A stretch of 32,000 nt of DNA from Vibrio phage Rocket24, in sequence record OQ079156.1. One strand, given 5' to 3'. Within the stretch, counting starts at the first letter, position 1. Every line of letters starts with the position of its first letter. Below the pieces are notes generated by a model. That model saw only the letters and a list, made by a program, of their open reading frames with translations, was not told the DNA's origin and searched no databases. Positions 21,844-32,000 of the stretch are shown piece after piece. A program made the translations under genes and the position numbers.

Positions 21844-24800
21844 ATGGCTAACAAGCTAATTGAAGAGCTAATTATTAAGGTTAAGCAGCAAGGTGCTAAA
21901 CCTACAGAGAAAGCAATTACTGGTGTCGGAGAAGCCTTCGACACCGCAAAGAAAAATGTCAATGCATTTAACTCAGCCTCAGAACGTGTACCTAAATATC
22001 TTAAAAAGATAGAAGAATCAGCAGACAGAGCAGCTAAGTCTATGGGTAAAGTAAAATTTACCATGGACTCCACAACTATTGAAGCATCACTAGGTCGTAT
22101 CGAAGGTAGCCTAGAAGCCTTAATTGGCGAAAGTCATGACCTTTACGATGCAATGGCTAAGATGAATAACAACTTAATTACTCTATTCCAGAATATGAGC
22201 AACGAGTTGGGTGCTGATTTAGAGCGTGTAGAAGATGGTCTTATTGATGTTCGCTCTGAAGCTGGGAAAACTGGAGATGCGTTAGCTAAGTTAGGCAAAG
22301 GAGCAGGTAAGGCCGGTAGAGGTCTAGGTAACCAGAACCGCCAAGGTAGAAATGGTGTGCGTACCTTCTCAGACCTAGCGAAAGTAGCGGGCCCATTACC
22401 TCTACTATACGCTAACATTGCAGCTAACGTGTTCGCGCTTAGTGAAGCCTTTAGACTACTAACCGAAGGCGAACAATTAAATCGTCTAGAAGAAGTTGGC
22501 ACTATCATAGGTTCTAAAATTGGTACACCAGTTCAGTTAATAGCTAAGGATATGCAGAAGTTAACTGGGTATACCCTTAGTTATGGTGAATCACTAAGAA
22601 ATGCTGCTGCAGCTGCCTCTTATGGGTTCGATTCAGAGCAAATAGAACAGTTAACTATGGCAGCACGTCGAGCATCTATTGCTCTAGGTGTAGATATGCA
22701 AGACGCCATGAACCGTGTTATTCGTGGTACATCTAAACTAGAAATCGAGCTATTGGACGAACTTGGTATCACTACTAAGCTAACAACCGCTTATGAGCGT
22801 TATGCTCAACAATTAGGTATTAGTGCCAATTCACTTAACTCATACCAGCAACGTGCAGCATTGGTCAATGAGATTAACTCACAGTCGGTAGAGAAGTTTG
22901 GCGATTTAGATGAGATGTTGAGAAACGGTGCTCCTTGGGAAGTATTTGGGGCTAATACTGCATCAGCATTCCAGACGTTTATGCAGAATATCTCTGAGGC
23001 TACTTCATTCATTCCTAAATTCTTCAATGAAATAGAGGAAGGGTCTAGACGAATAGAAGAGCCATTAGATAATGCTAAAAAGCTACTAGAATCTTTCTCT
23101 ATGGCAGATGGCAGGGCCGGGCAAGTAGGTATACTTGTAGAGGCCAACAACCAAATAGAAGAACTAGAAAAGAGATTAAGTGTACTAAGTCAGGCCAATA
23201 CTAGTAGTTTTTCTGTGGCTGATCTTGTAAACTATAAAGATGAAGTACGAAACGTACGTACTGCTATAGATAGGCTTAGAGGTTTGATGTCCACCCAAAG
23301 TCTAGGTATAGATGCTATCAAAGAGATAGACGGTGCATATAGAAACCTAAATGCTACAGTAAAAGGTTCAGTACAATCTTATAACACTAGTTTAGCCTCA
23401 ATTAAGGGGCAAAGTACTTCTTATGAGAAACTATACGCAGATGTAAACTCTATGAAAGTAGCCTATGAGAAGTTAGCTGCTGTAGATCCTGGATTTAAGG
23501 CTGCAGATGCACTTAAACAATTAGGCTTTGAGTCTAAATTCGCATTAGACCGTGCAACAGAACTTGCCAGAACTTATAGAGATACTAACAGGGAGTTGGC
23601 AGTATTCGCTAAAACCCAGGCAGAAGCAGAGGTCCAAGGACGCTACTCAGGTAAAGAACCAGAAGCAGTTAAGCTAGGTCTATTAAAAGAACAACAAAAC
23701 TTATATACTAAACTTCTAGTAGATCAACAAAGATTAGGTGCTAGTAGTGTGGCTACCGCTAAAACATCTGCCCAGATTGCAAAAATAGCATCTCAAACCA
23801 TAGATACGCAGGTTGCTTTAGTAGACGTACACACCAAAGAACTAGATACCCAAACTAGACTGAATATGGCTCTACAACCAGAGCTATTAATTAAGAAAGA
23901 CCTACTATCCAATGAGAAAACCAGATTAGCAAACTTGCAGCTGATCCAAGGTACTCATAAGGAGCAAGAACAGTCTCTAAATAGAATCAAGCAATTAGAA
24001 AACGAAATACTGGCAGCACAAGTAGCTCAGTCTAATGCTATGATGGATTCTGCTCTAGGTAACTTAGCATCATTTGCCCCAGGTATTGATCAAATGACTA
24101 GTTCCCTTAATGGACTAGCTATGTCATTCAATAACATGGGTCAATCTAGCATGACCACCACACAGATGGTGTCTTCTGGGTTGAATGCCTTCCAAGGTAT
24201 GCTATCGTATTCTTCTAACCAGTCTATACAAGCAGTAGATGCTCAAATAGCTGCTGAACAGAAGCGAGATGGTAAGTCTAAGGAATCAGTAGCTAAGATA
24301 AATGCACTTGAGAAGAAGAAGATTGAACAACAGAAAAAGGCAGCCAAGCAACAAATTCTTATCTCTACTGCGGTAGCGGTAATGAATGCGGCGGCCAACC
24401 CTTGGCCTGTTCCAGCTATCCCGTTAATGGCTACAGCAGCCTTAGCAGGTGGACTAGCATACCAACAAGCCTCTAGCGCTTCTAGTAATTTAGTATCTTC
24501 TGCTAGTGGCAATACTCAGGCATCCTTAACTCTTGGCGATAGGTCGAATCAAGTAGATGTATCTCAATCAGCATCTCGCGGTGAGTTAGCTTATATTAGA
24601 AACGAATCTGGTACTGGTAGTATGCAATCATTTACTCCTAGAGCTAATGGTGGTATAGGTATCCCAGGAAATAGTCTAGTAGTAGGTGAACATGGTCCGG
24701 AGGTTATCACACCCCTAGAACCAATACAAGCTTACAGTGCAGAAGAGTCTAGAGCTATGGGCGGTGGTTATACGGATAACCGCCAACTAGTAGTACAGGC

Positions 24801-24900
24801 TATTGATACTCAATCAATCATGGATAGAGCAGATGATATATTTGATGCTTGGGATGATGCAGCTTATCAAAGAGGCATGAACTCAGACAGACTACGTTAA
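21844..24900 (+). CDS. Tape measure protein, T5 pb2-like (1018 aa)
   Basis: Long Ala/coiled-coil-rich protein with hydrophobic segments between chaperones and distal tail protein. Confidence 0.92.
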   Translation: MANKLIEELIIKVKQQGAKPTEKAITGVGEAFDTAKKNVNAFNSASERVPKYLKKIEESADRAAKSMGKVKFTMDSTTIEASLGRIEGSLEALIGESHDLYDAMAKMNNNLITLFQNMSNELGADLERVEDGLIDVRSEAGKTGDALAKLGKGAGKAGRGLGNQNRQGRNGVRTFSDLAKVAGPLPLLYANIAANVFALSEAFRLLTEGEQLNRLEEVGTIIGSKIGTPVQLIAKDMQKLTGYTLSYGESLRNAAAAASYGFDSEQIEQLTMAARRASIALGVDMQDAMNRVIRGTSKLEIELLDELGITTKLTTAYERYAQQLGISANSLNSYQQRAALVNEINSQSVEKFGDLDEMLRNGAPWEVFGANTASAFQTFMQNISEATSFIPKFFNEIEEGSRRIEEPLDNAKKLLESFSMADGRAGQVGILVEANNQIEELEKRLSVLSQANTSSFSVADLVNYKDEVRNVRTAIDRLRGLMSTQSLGIDAIKEIDGAYRNLNATVKGSVQSYNTSLASIKGQSTSYEKLYADVNSMKVAYEKLAAVDPGFKAADALKQLGFESKFALDRATELARTYRDTNRELAVFAKTQAEAEVQGRYSGKEPEAVKLGLLKEQQNLYTKLLVDQQRLGASSVATAKTSAQIAKIASQTIDTQVALVDVHTKELDTQTRLNMALQPELLIKKDLLSNEKTRLANLQLIQGTHKEQEQSLNRIKQLENEILAAQVAQSNAMMDSALGNLASFAPGIDQMTSSLNGLAMSFNNMGQSSMTTTQMVSSGLNAFQGMLSYSSNQSIQAVDAQIAAEQKRDGKSKESVAKINALEKKKIEQQKKAAKQQILISTAVAVMNAAANPWPVPAIPLMATAALAGGLAYQQASSASSNLVSSASGNTQASLTLGDRSNQVDVSQSASRGELAYIRNESGTGSMQSFTPRANGGIGIPGNSLVVGEHGPEVITPLEPIQAYSAEESRAMGGGYTDNRQLVVQAIDTQSIMDRADDIFDAWDDAAYQRGMNSDRLR

Positions 24901-24905
24901 TAAAA

Positions 24906-24929
24906 GCCTCCCTATGTGGAGGCCTTTTT
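24906..24929 (+). terminator. Rho-independent terminator after the tape measure gene
   Basis: GCCTCC-CTATGT-GGAGGC-C-TTTTT. Confidence 0.8.
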
Positions 24930-24947
24930 ATATCTAAAATTATACTA

Positions 24948-24975
24948 TTGACTTTAGGTTGTTTACGTGTATAAT
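24948..24975 (+). promoter_or_regulatory. Promoter for the baseplate gene group
   Basis: TTGACT-N16-TATAAT. Confidence 0.7.
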
Positions 24976-25060
24976 TACTTACATAACGAGATATGTCTTA
25001 CATAAAGACTTTAGATATACTACGGCCCATTGACTCGCTCAATGGCATTTTGGAGCATTC

Positions 25061-25678
25061 ATGGCTATTAGATTACCTGATCCATTCACACATCCTGATG
25101 AAGCACCAGGATTCTTAAAAGCTCCGCTGGTAGACAACGAACCTATATTACAGGATGAGTTACCAAACGGAAAAGTGCTTCAAACAAAAAGCTCCGCTCA
25201 ATTCTGGAGTGTTAATATTACCTATCCGGACCTATACGAGCTAGAGTATAAATTAGTTTCTTCTGCAATCAACGAAGCAAAACGCACTGGAGATACTATC
25301 GAAATAGTACTACCACAATATATCAATTACAGGGTTATTGGAGATCTAGCTACTACTAACATACCCGCCAACCAGAAAGGTAGTACAGTAGAAATTACTG
25401 GAGTATCAAGTATACAGGGCGCACCTTACCTTGGTGACCTATTCAAACTTAGTACACATCCCAAAGTATATAAGATAACAAAATTCAAACGTGAAGGTGA
25501 TAAATTCATTATTAATATATATCCAGATTTATTTATAGAGACTGATGGTACAGAGAAACCTATATTTAATGTAGTACCTCTACAGGTACGACTAATGGAT
25601 AGAAGCTCTATTACAGATAACGTTAACGCTGACGGAATGTACGAGGGCGTTAGCTACTCGTTTAGGGAGAGTTTATGA
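25061..25678 (+). CDS. Distal tail protein, T5 pb9-like (205 aa)
   Basis: Recalled T5 pb9 is ~204 aa and occupies the same position; PDPFTHPD... sequence. Confidence 0.8.
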   Translation: MAIRLPDPFTHPDEAPGFLKAPLVDNEPILQDELPNGKVLQTKSSAQFWSVNITYPDLYELEYKLVSSAINEAKRTGDTIEIVLPQYINYRVIGDLATTNIPANQKGSTVEITGVSSIQGAPYLGDLFKLSTHPKVYKITKFKREGDKFIINIYPDLFIETDGTEKPIFNVVPLQVRLMDRSSITDNVNADGMYEGVSYSFRESL

Positions 25679-28518
25679 GTAACATACTAGATTCAGCAAA
25701 ACAACATCTAAGTAATACAGAAAACCTTAAATTGGCTCATCTAGTTTCTTTGGAGTTACCTGGTGAGGAAGGTGTTTTTGTATACTTTACTGACTACTTT
25801 AGAAGCATCACTTTCAAAGGTCATAAATACGAAACTGGTGTAGTTAAGCGCATAGGTGACGTAAAGCAAACAAAAGACTTCAGCATTTATAGAGTACCTG
25901 TACAAGTTAGTGGGGCTATAGAAGAAGAGATAAATAGAGTTCTTAATTCTAAAAGTTTCTTAAATAGAAAAATAAAGATTCTTAGAGCATTCCTAGATGA
26001 GGATGGTCAAGTGATCCCTATCTACTCTAATGGGGATACAATTACATACTTTGAAGGTATTATAGTAACCAGCAAGTTAGATGAGACTAATACTAGTTCT
26101 GGTACTGGGCGATCTACTATTACATGGAACTGTGCGAACAAGAACTATGAACTAGACGCTGTAAATGGTCGTATAACGGATGATGAGTCTCATCGTGGCC
26201 TTATCAATGTAGGCGGTACTATGCAGCCTTCTGGTTCTGCTAAAAAACCAGAATATCAATTAGATCGTGGTTTCTTCCATGCAGGTAAGTCTGTAAAACT
26301 ACTTGCTGAATACCAGACAAAGGAAAAACGTTTTAGATTGAAAAAACGTAGAGCAGGCGGATTCAGGGGGTTGATGGGTCAGAAGCACTACGACATGGAA
26401 GAATACTGGGCAGACGTTGTAAGGGAAGTAGATATGGATATAAACCTTACAGCAAAATACTTGCCAGTACTTTATGGTGTTCAGAAAGTATCAGGTATTC
26501 CTATCTTCTTTGACACAGATATTGGTAATCCTGAGGAAGTGTGGGCTGTATATGCTTTCTGTGAAGGAGAAATTGATGGTTTTCTTGATATATTCTTTGG
26601 TGACAATCCTATGATCTGTGTATCAGAGAATGATCAAGAGAAACGTGCCTGTGTAGGTATGAAAAGAAATAATGGTGATACTATAGGAGCACTAGCACCT
26701 AAAAGTGGAAGAACAGCCCCAAGTAACCACGGAGAACACTATATCTACAATGATGGAGACGGCCCTATAGAGTTCTGGACGTTCCACGGATCAAGTACAC
26801 AAGATGCTGCCAAGATTCTTGTCGATAAAGCGGCTGCTGGTGAATTTAAGCTACAGAGTGATGGTAGCTACGGTTCAGAATATTGGGACGATACATTCAA
26901 GTTACTAGACACAGCATACGTTGTTGTTAAGTATACTCTAAATGAAAACAGAACAAGTATTCCAGAAGTTTCAGCAGAAATACAGGGTAAGAAAATCCCA
27001 GTATACCACGAAGACGGAACATCCACTAGCGATAAGACCTCACTTAACCTAGCATGGCAAGCACTAGACTATCTAAGAAGTACAACTTATGGGGCGGGCC
27101 TTACTCTAGATGAGATAGATTTACCAGCCATTCAAGAATGTGCTAAGATAATGGATGACATTGATAACTCTTACGAGCCAGCTTGGGTTCCTTACTGGAG
27201 ATACCTTGGATGGGAGGATTATAAGGCTGAGAATAGACAGATACTACAGGGATCGGGGCTACTATCTACTAGTGATACGGTATTTAAAAATATTCAGGCT
27301 TTAATAGGGCAGTTCGATGCCTCATTGAATATAGTTAGTGGTAAATATACTCTTACTATGGAAGCTAATCGTCCCCCTATCTATGATATAGATGAGGGTG
27401 ATATTATAAATGGAAGCATTCAAGTATCAGATAATTCCATGGATCAAAAATATAATGCTGTTCAGGCCAGTATCATGGACCCATCTAAAGGTTGGGGTAC
27501 TAATACCATTACGTTCTTCAATAAGGACTATAAACTAGAAGATAACGGTAAAGATAGGAAAGCTAATATATCTTTCCCATTTATTACTAACTACTATACA
27601 GCTAGAACCCGTGCAGAATACTACTTACGAAGATCTAGATATAATAGAACTGTGTCTTTCGAGCTACCTTTTACATTTATGTGGTTGTACCCAAATGCCA
27701 ATATAACTCTTACTAAGAAGCGTTATAATTGGGATAAGAAGACATTCATGATACAGGATATGACATGGATGGCCAATGGCCACATCAAAGTAGTAGCAAG
27801 AGAATACGATGAAACAATGTTCTTAAGCTCTGGACAAGTAGATAATAGTAATAATCAGATACCTGATGTAGTTGTGAATGTACTACCCCCTAGAGATCTT
27901 AAGTATGAACCTAAGGTAGGGGATAATAAAGTGGGCCTTAATGGTACATTATCTTGGTTTCCTAGCTTGTCTAAACGAGTAGCGTACTACACTATTAAGT
28001 ATACTGGACTTACGGATCTTATCACTATCCCTGCTCCAGGTAACATAGCTCCAGCGCAGAGAATAGAGTTACCACTATATAATTTAGCAGAAGGTGAGTA
28101 TACTTTTGAAGTGCGTGCGGTGTCATTCGATGGTGAAACAAGTATGCCTATAAGTATTACAGAGAAAATAAACCCTAGTGCGATACTGCCTATGATTGAA
28201 AATTTCGTTATAGTAAATCGAGCAGTAGTATCTGGTAACGTATTCGTAGGTAAAGACTTACAGTTAGCATGGGATGAGTTAATTGAGGGTAGGTCAGTAG
28301 ACGGCTTCAAGTACCACTTGAGATTTATCTCTGGTGATACCGGAGACACACTAAGAGATGTTACTACAACAAGCACCACTTTCACATACACCCTAGCGAT
28401 GAATAAGGGAGACTTCAAACTCTTACATGGTACTCTAGGTATACACAGAAATATGACGGTGTATATTAGAGGTGAGGGTTATAACAATATAACTTCAATT
28501 AATTGGACGGTATTATGA
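25675..28518 (+). CDS. Baseplate hub protein, T5 pb3-like, with FnIII-like region (947 aa)
   Basis: Tip-attachment type sequence; recalled T5 pb3 is ~949 aa; FN3-like segment KVGLNGTLSWFPSLSKRVAYYTIKY. Confidence 0.88.
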   Translation: MSNILDSAKQHLSNTENLKLAHLVSLELPGEEGVFVYFTDYFRSITFKGHKYETGVVKRIGDVKQTKDFSIYRVPVQVSGAIEEEINRVLNSKSFLNRKIKILRAFLDEDGQVIPIYSNGDTITYFEGIIVTSKLDETNTSSGTGRSTITWNCANKNYELDAVNGRITDDESHRGLINVGGTMQPSGSAKKPEYQLDRGFFHAGKSVKLLAEYQTKEKRFRLKKRRAGGFRGLMGQKHYDMEEYWADVVREVDMDINLTAKYLPVLYGVQKVSGIPIFFDTDIGNPEEVWAVYAFCEGEIDGFLDIFFGDNPMICVSENDQEKRACVGMKRNNGDTIGALAPKSGRTAPSNHGEHYIYNDGDGPIEFWTFHGSSTQDAAKILVDKAAAGEFKLQSDGSYGSEYWDDTFKLLDTAYVVVKYTLNENRTSIPEVSAEIQGKKIPVYHEDGTSTSDKTSLNLAWQALDYLRSTTYGAGLTLDEIDLPAIQECAKIMDDIDNSYEPAWVPYWRYLGWEDYKAENRQILQGSGLLSTSDTVFKNIQALIGQFDASLNIVSGKYTLTMEANRPPIYDIDEGDIINGSIQVSDNSMDQKYNAVQASIMDPSKGWGTNTITFFNKDYKLEDNGKDRKANISFPFITNYYTARTRAEYYLRRSRYNRTVSFELPFTFMWLYPNANITLTKKRYNWDKKTFMIQDMTWMANGHIKVVAREYDETMFLSSGQVDNSNNQIPDVVVNVLPPRDLKYEPKVGDNKVGLNGTLSWFPSLSKRVAYYTIKYTGLTDLITIPAPGNIAPAQRIELPLYNLAEGEYTFEVRAVSFDGETSMPISITEKINPSAILPMIENFVIVNRAVVSGNVFVGKDLQLAWDELIEGRSVDGFKYHLRFISGDTGDTLRDVTTTSTTFTYTLAMNKGDFKLLHGTLGIHRNMTVYIRGEGYNNITSINWTVL

Positions 28519-30839
28519 TTGAAAACACACTGCCTAGGAAACTAGTCCTAGGCTCTATTGTACCGGGATATACTAAAGTGTACATCCCACACTCTATCTT
28601 CGAGGACGAGGATATAGTTGGTAAGGTATTCTGGGTAAACAATACTAAGTTCGTAGATACCAATACAAGTGTATTCTATACTATTATTGATAACCTAACA
28701 CAGAATACAACATATGATGATATCATAGGGTCTTATTATGACGCTATGATTGATTCTGAGTTATTAGATAATAAGATAGGTCTTAATTTATCTGATGTAG
28801 CTACTACTAAGACATTAGCGTACCCGACTATAGATAATGTTATAGTAGGAGCTCAGGAAGTCGATGTCGGCGTAGGCGATCCTATAATTACAATGGATAT
28901 ACTTGGTTCTGCCGACTCTATTCGTATAGACAAAAAGCTGTCATCAGAAGACGATACTAAATGGGCACCTGCATACAGTGGTAGCCCTGATGGTGTGTCT
29001 TTTACTACAGGTAGAGGCACGTATGACTTTAGGGTAGTTGGGTTTATTTACTTTCCTGATGGTGTTACTACAGAATTCTCTCCTTATAATATAGTAAGAA
29101 ATGTTAAAGTAGAGAACATGTTCCGTCCACCAAGTGCTCCTAATAATGTCTCATTTAAGGTAGCAAAAATAATGGATGGGATGGAAAGGTATGATCTACA
29201 AGTCGCTTGGGACTGGAATAAAGGTACTGGCAGTTCTGTCAGAGAATTTGTTCTTTACTTTGTAGAGACTAGCGAGTATAATAAAACCAGATGGGAAAAA
29301 GCCAGCAAGGTTAATAGTGGCGCGGCTCAAGCCTCTGTTATTACAAGTTTCCCATTTAATAAAGAATATAAATTTAAGGTGGCGTCAGTAGCATGGGGGC
29401 CAGACGACCAAGCTATAGTAGACTCATCTATTGCTACCTTTAAGATTGATAAGAATACTCCAATAGATTCTTCATTCACTAATAATACTGGTATAGAAGT
29501 AACATATGACCATATAAAAGCTTATAGAAATATAAGTGGGTCTAAGGAACAAACATTCCTACTAGATGCAAATACAGGTGCTCTGGCAATAGGTAAACTT
29601 GATATTCATGGTAAAGCGCCAGTATCAGTAGACCCTAATAGTGGTAATGTAAACGTTGATGGGGCGGTAATATCCAAGACAATGTACTCTGCCTCGTTCG
29701 TGCTATCCAATCTAACAGGTAAAGATAATCCTAGTATTAGAACTGCATCTAAAACTGGTTTTGGTCAGTCTGCTCAAGGTATGTGGATGGGTTATGCGAA
29801 CAACGATTCTAAATTCAAGTTCGACCTAGGAGACTCTACTAGCTTCATAAGATGGGATGGGGATAAGTTAGTTATTTCTGGTAAAGTTCAGATTGGTACT
29901 CCAGGCGGTAATGTTGATATTGATAAAGGTATACAAGGTAACTTCGTAGCTAATATCTACAAAGCATCACAAACAAAACCTGGTAAACCTACTAGTAACG
30001 CTTTCCCACCAACAGGGTGGAGCGAAGTACCTATTACAAGTTCTAGTGGGTTAGTGTGGATTTCTACAGCAGTAATTGATTCTAAAACTAATAAGGTAGC
30101 TGCCAATAGTGCATGGTCTACCCCTATACAGTTTACAGCGGCCGCAGGTAAGGATGGTATAGCCTCAGTACTTATATACAGACAATCAGTGTCCAAACCT
30201 AGTACACCTACTAATAAGGCAATCCCTCCATCTGGGTGGTCATTACAGATTCCAGCTAGAATAGCCGGACAATCTATCTGGGTATGCAGTGCTATTAGGA
30301 CAGGTACAGAGCCTAATATAACAGGTAGCTGGTCAGCGCCAAGCAAGTTAAGCGGCGATGATGGTAAGCCCGGTGCTAATGGTAAGCCAGGAGCAGATGG
30401 TAAACCCGGTGCTAACGGTAAGCCGGGGGCCGATGGACGACCTGGGTCTAATGGTGTAAGAGGCCCAGGTTTCTATGCACAAGCAATCTCTGGATTCTCT
30501 AGATTTAATAACACTTCAGCAGCTACGTTCTTTAGGAACACGTTTAATAGCAACCCTGTTAAGTATGATGTATTAACACAATTCAATTCTAGCAACCCAG
30601 CCATAGCAGAAACTAAGCAATGGAATGGTTCTAGTTGGGTTAGTGCGGCTCTACTTGTTCATGGTAACATGCTTGTAAATGGGTCTATAACTACTGAGAA
30701 GATAGTGGCCGATAATGCTTTCTTACAGAAAATTGGAGTTAACAAAATCTATGATAATAGCGCAGCCCAATCATCTAACCCAGAAGCAACGTATAAAATG
30801 AAGATAGACCTCTCTGCAGGCTCTATACATATAAGATAA
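28515..30839 (+). CDS. Central straight fibre, T5 pb4-like (774 aa; start trimmed to MIENTLPRK...)
   Basis: Position after hub; FN3-like repeats, collagen-like stretch and a J-type C-terminus. Confidence 0.8.
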   Translation: MIENTLPRKLVLGSIVPGYTKVYIPHSIFEDEDIVGKVFWVNNTKFVDTNTSVFYTIIDNLTQNTTYDDIIGSYYDAMIDSELLDNKIGLNLSDVATTKTLAYPTIDNVIVGAQEVDVGVGDPIITMDILGSADSIRIDKKLSSEDDTKWAPAYSGSPDGVSFTTGRGTYDFRVVGFIYFPDGVTTEFSPYNIVRNVKVENMFRPPSAPNNVSFKVAKIMDGMERYDLQVAWDWNKGTGSSVREFVLYFVETSEYNKTRWEKASKVNSGAAQASVITSFPFNKEYKFKVASVAWGPDDQAIVDSSIATFKIDKNTPIDSSFTNNTGIEVTYDHIKAYRNISGSKEQTFLLDANTGALAIGKLDIHGKAPVSVDPNSGNVNVDGAVISKTMYSASFVLSNLTGKDNPSIRTASKTGFGQSAQGMWMGYANNDSKFKFDLGDSTSFIRWDGDKLVISGKVQIGTPGGNVDIDKGIQGNFVANIYKASQTKPGKPTSNAFPPTGWSEVPITSSSGLVWISTAVIDSKTNKVAANSAWSTPIQFTAAAGKDGIASVLIYRQSVSKPSTPTNKAIPPSGWSLQIPARIAGQSIWVCSAIRTGTEPNITGSWSAPSKLSGDDGKPGANGKPGADGKPGANGKPGADGRPGSNGVRGPGFYAQAISGFSRFNNTSAATFFRNTFNSNPVKYDVLTQFNSSNPAIAETKQWNGSSWVSAALLVHGNMLVNGSITTEKIVADNAFLQKIGVNKIYDNSAAQSSNPEATYKMKIDLSAGSIHIR
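30363..30470 (+). repeat. Six 18-bp collagen-encoding units (Gly-X-Y)
   Basis: GKPGAN GKPGAD GKPGAN GKPGAD GRPGSN GVRGPG. Confidence 0.9.
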
Positions 30840-30841
30840 TT

Positions 30842-31624
30842 ATGAGTAAAATAGTCAATTTAAAGATAGAAGAGGGAGCTACTTTTTCTCACGTATTGAA
30901 ATTTACTACTGATAAAGTAACGGGTCAACAACTAGACCCGCTTACTAATAAGTTAGTCCCTATCAAACAAAAAGGCCCTATAAACTTAACTGGTTATACT
31001 ATTGTAGCTCAGTTAAGGACAGCGTTCTCAGATAAAGCAGACCTAATAGTAAATTTCGAAGCAACCATAGCTTCTGGTGCAACGGGATTAGCATACATAG
31101 GGTTAACTAAAGAACAGACAGCAGGACTAGGCAAATTCGCCAATAAGAAAATAATTGGATTAGGTTCTGAAAGGGTATACGAGCTTGGATTCTATGATGT
31201 ACTATTAATAAGCCCTAAAGGTTCAGCAACTAGAGTATATCAAGGTAAGTGTTATTTAAGTAGAGCGGCTACACTAGATCCACTTATTGAAACAGGTCTT
31301 GGTAGTACAGTATCTAAGACACCTCTTACAGCTATAGGCACCACATCTACATTAGTAGTGGATAATACAAAACCACACTATTTCGCAGGTATTAGATACT
31401 TTAGCGGAGGTATACAAGTTACTCCTACAGACGGTACTGTACAGATATTTAAGAAACCAGATACTTCTAGTACCTTCCAATCATCTCCGGTAGGTACTAT
31501 ATCAGCAGCTGTTCCTACAGCGGAAGTTACTTGGTATGGTAACTCTAAGGAAGTGAAGGCAGTACCTAATAACGTACTTGGAGCTGATTTCTACCAATTA
31601 GTAGTTGTAAGCAATATTTCATAA
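30842..31624 (+). CDS. Baseplate/collar protein, BppU-like N-terminus (260 aa)
   Basis: INLTGYTIVAQLRTAF...NFEATI pattern; position matches T5 p132 by synteny. Confidence 0.6.
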   Translation: MSKIVNLKIEEGATFSHVLKFTTDKVTGQQLDPLTNKLVPIKQKGPINLTGYTIVAQLRTAFSDKADLIVNFEATIASGATGLAYIGLTKEQTAGLGKFANKKIIGLGSERVYELGFYDVLLISPKGSATRVYQGKCYLSRAATLDPLIETGLGSTVSKTPLTAIGTTSTLVVDNTKPHYFAGIRYFSGGIQVTPTDGTVQIFKKPDTSSTFQSSPVGTISAAVPTAEVTWYGNSKEVKAVPNNVLGADFYQLVVVSNIS

Positions 31625-31633
31625 GGAGCAACA

Positions 31634-32000
31634 ATGGCAGATAATATTGAAATTGAACAAAGAGTGTTAGACGGGGACTTAATTGGCCCTGTCAATGCTG
31701 AAATAGATACTGAAGATTTCACTGGTCGAGTAGCTATAGAGAATAGTCTACTAGACGGTACTGGTTCTGAAATCTCAGTAGAACTATCAGAAAGCCTTGG
31801 AGTCGTTGGTATAGATGACTTAGTAGAGGTTAAGGCTGAAATAGATAAGTCTGTATTAAAAGCTGAGTCAACAGTAACTGAGGCTCAGAAACAGATTGAT
31901 AAAGCCAACGCCACTATCGCTTCTCTCAACGCTATTAGCACTCAAATAACTAATCTAGTAGGTGAGGCTAAACAAGCAGCATCTACCGCTACTAATGAGG
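31634..32000 (+). CDS. Tail fibre-associated protein, truncated by the window end
   Basis: GGAG RBS, MADNIEIEQRVLDGDLIG... open to the window end, coiled-coil-like. Confidence 0.7.
   Translation, partial: MADNIEIEQRVLDGDLIGPVNAEIDTEDFTGRVAIENSLLDGTGSEISVELSESLGVVGIDDLVEVKAEIDKSVLKAESTVTEAQKQIDKANATIASLNAISTQITNLVGEAKQAASTATNE

Noticed and set aside
13231-30346. Remaining antisense ORFs in structural genes (13231-13416, 13599-13868, 14557-14883, 16599-16808, 17827-18021, 19449-19904, 20517-20780, 21420-21632, 21840-22073, 22143-22508, 22806-23150, 24243-24512, 27987-28418, 29957-30346)
   Set aside because: All lie opposite well-supported genes and lack RBS or promoter context.
1-32000. tRNA genes, integrase or lysogeny module
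   Set aside because: No cloverleaf-like sequence, integrase or repressor-like gene was recognised; a careful tRNAscan was not possible here.

Overview
This window is a contiguous segment of a tailed phage genome that resembles the T5 group (siphovirus, Demerecviridae-like). I base that on gene content, gene order, protein sizes and recalled protein motifs; no search was run. From left to right: (1) 1-3250 holds a tandem-repeat block and a leftward cassette of about ten small, mostly anonymous genes. (2) 3250-4250 is an AT-rich non-coding control region with perfect DnaA boxes, a LexA-like element, a strong sigma70-type promoter and a structured leader containing a boxA-like sequence. (3) 4250-7916 is a rightward, T5 pre-early-like group that includes a calcineurin-like metallophosphoesterase (A1-like) and a HAD phosphatase, with a hairpin after nearly every gene. 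(4) 8117-10063 is a leftward gene for a 648-aa protein whose N-terminus resembles the T5 receptor-binding protein pb5. (5) 10181-32000 is the rightward late cluster: TerS, TerL, HNH, portal, small ORF, prohead protease, HK97-type capsid, connector/completion/terminator proteins, Ig-tipped tail tube, baseplate tube-like protein, two tail chaperone ORFs overlapping in the +1 frame, an odd 257-aa possibly capsid-fold protein, tape measure, distal tail protein, baseplate hub, collagen-bearing central fibre, a BppU-like protein and a truncated fibre gene. The most unusual signals are: a ~38-bp element in opposite orientation on the two sides of the small-gene cassette, each copy near DnaA boxes and a LexA-like palindrome (candidate injection-stop, replication or regulatory region); twin 40-bp intergenic hairpin cassettes; a +1/-2 rather than -1 chaperone frameshift; a mutually exclusive terminator/anti-terminator fold before the 257-aa gene; and several small ORFs missing from the supplied ORF track.
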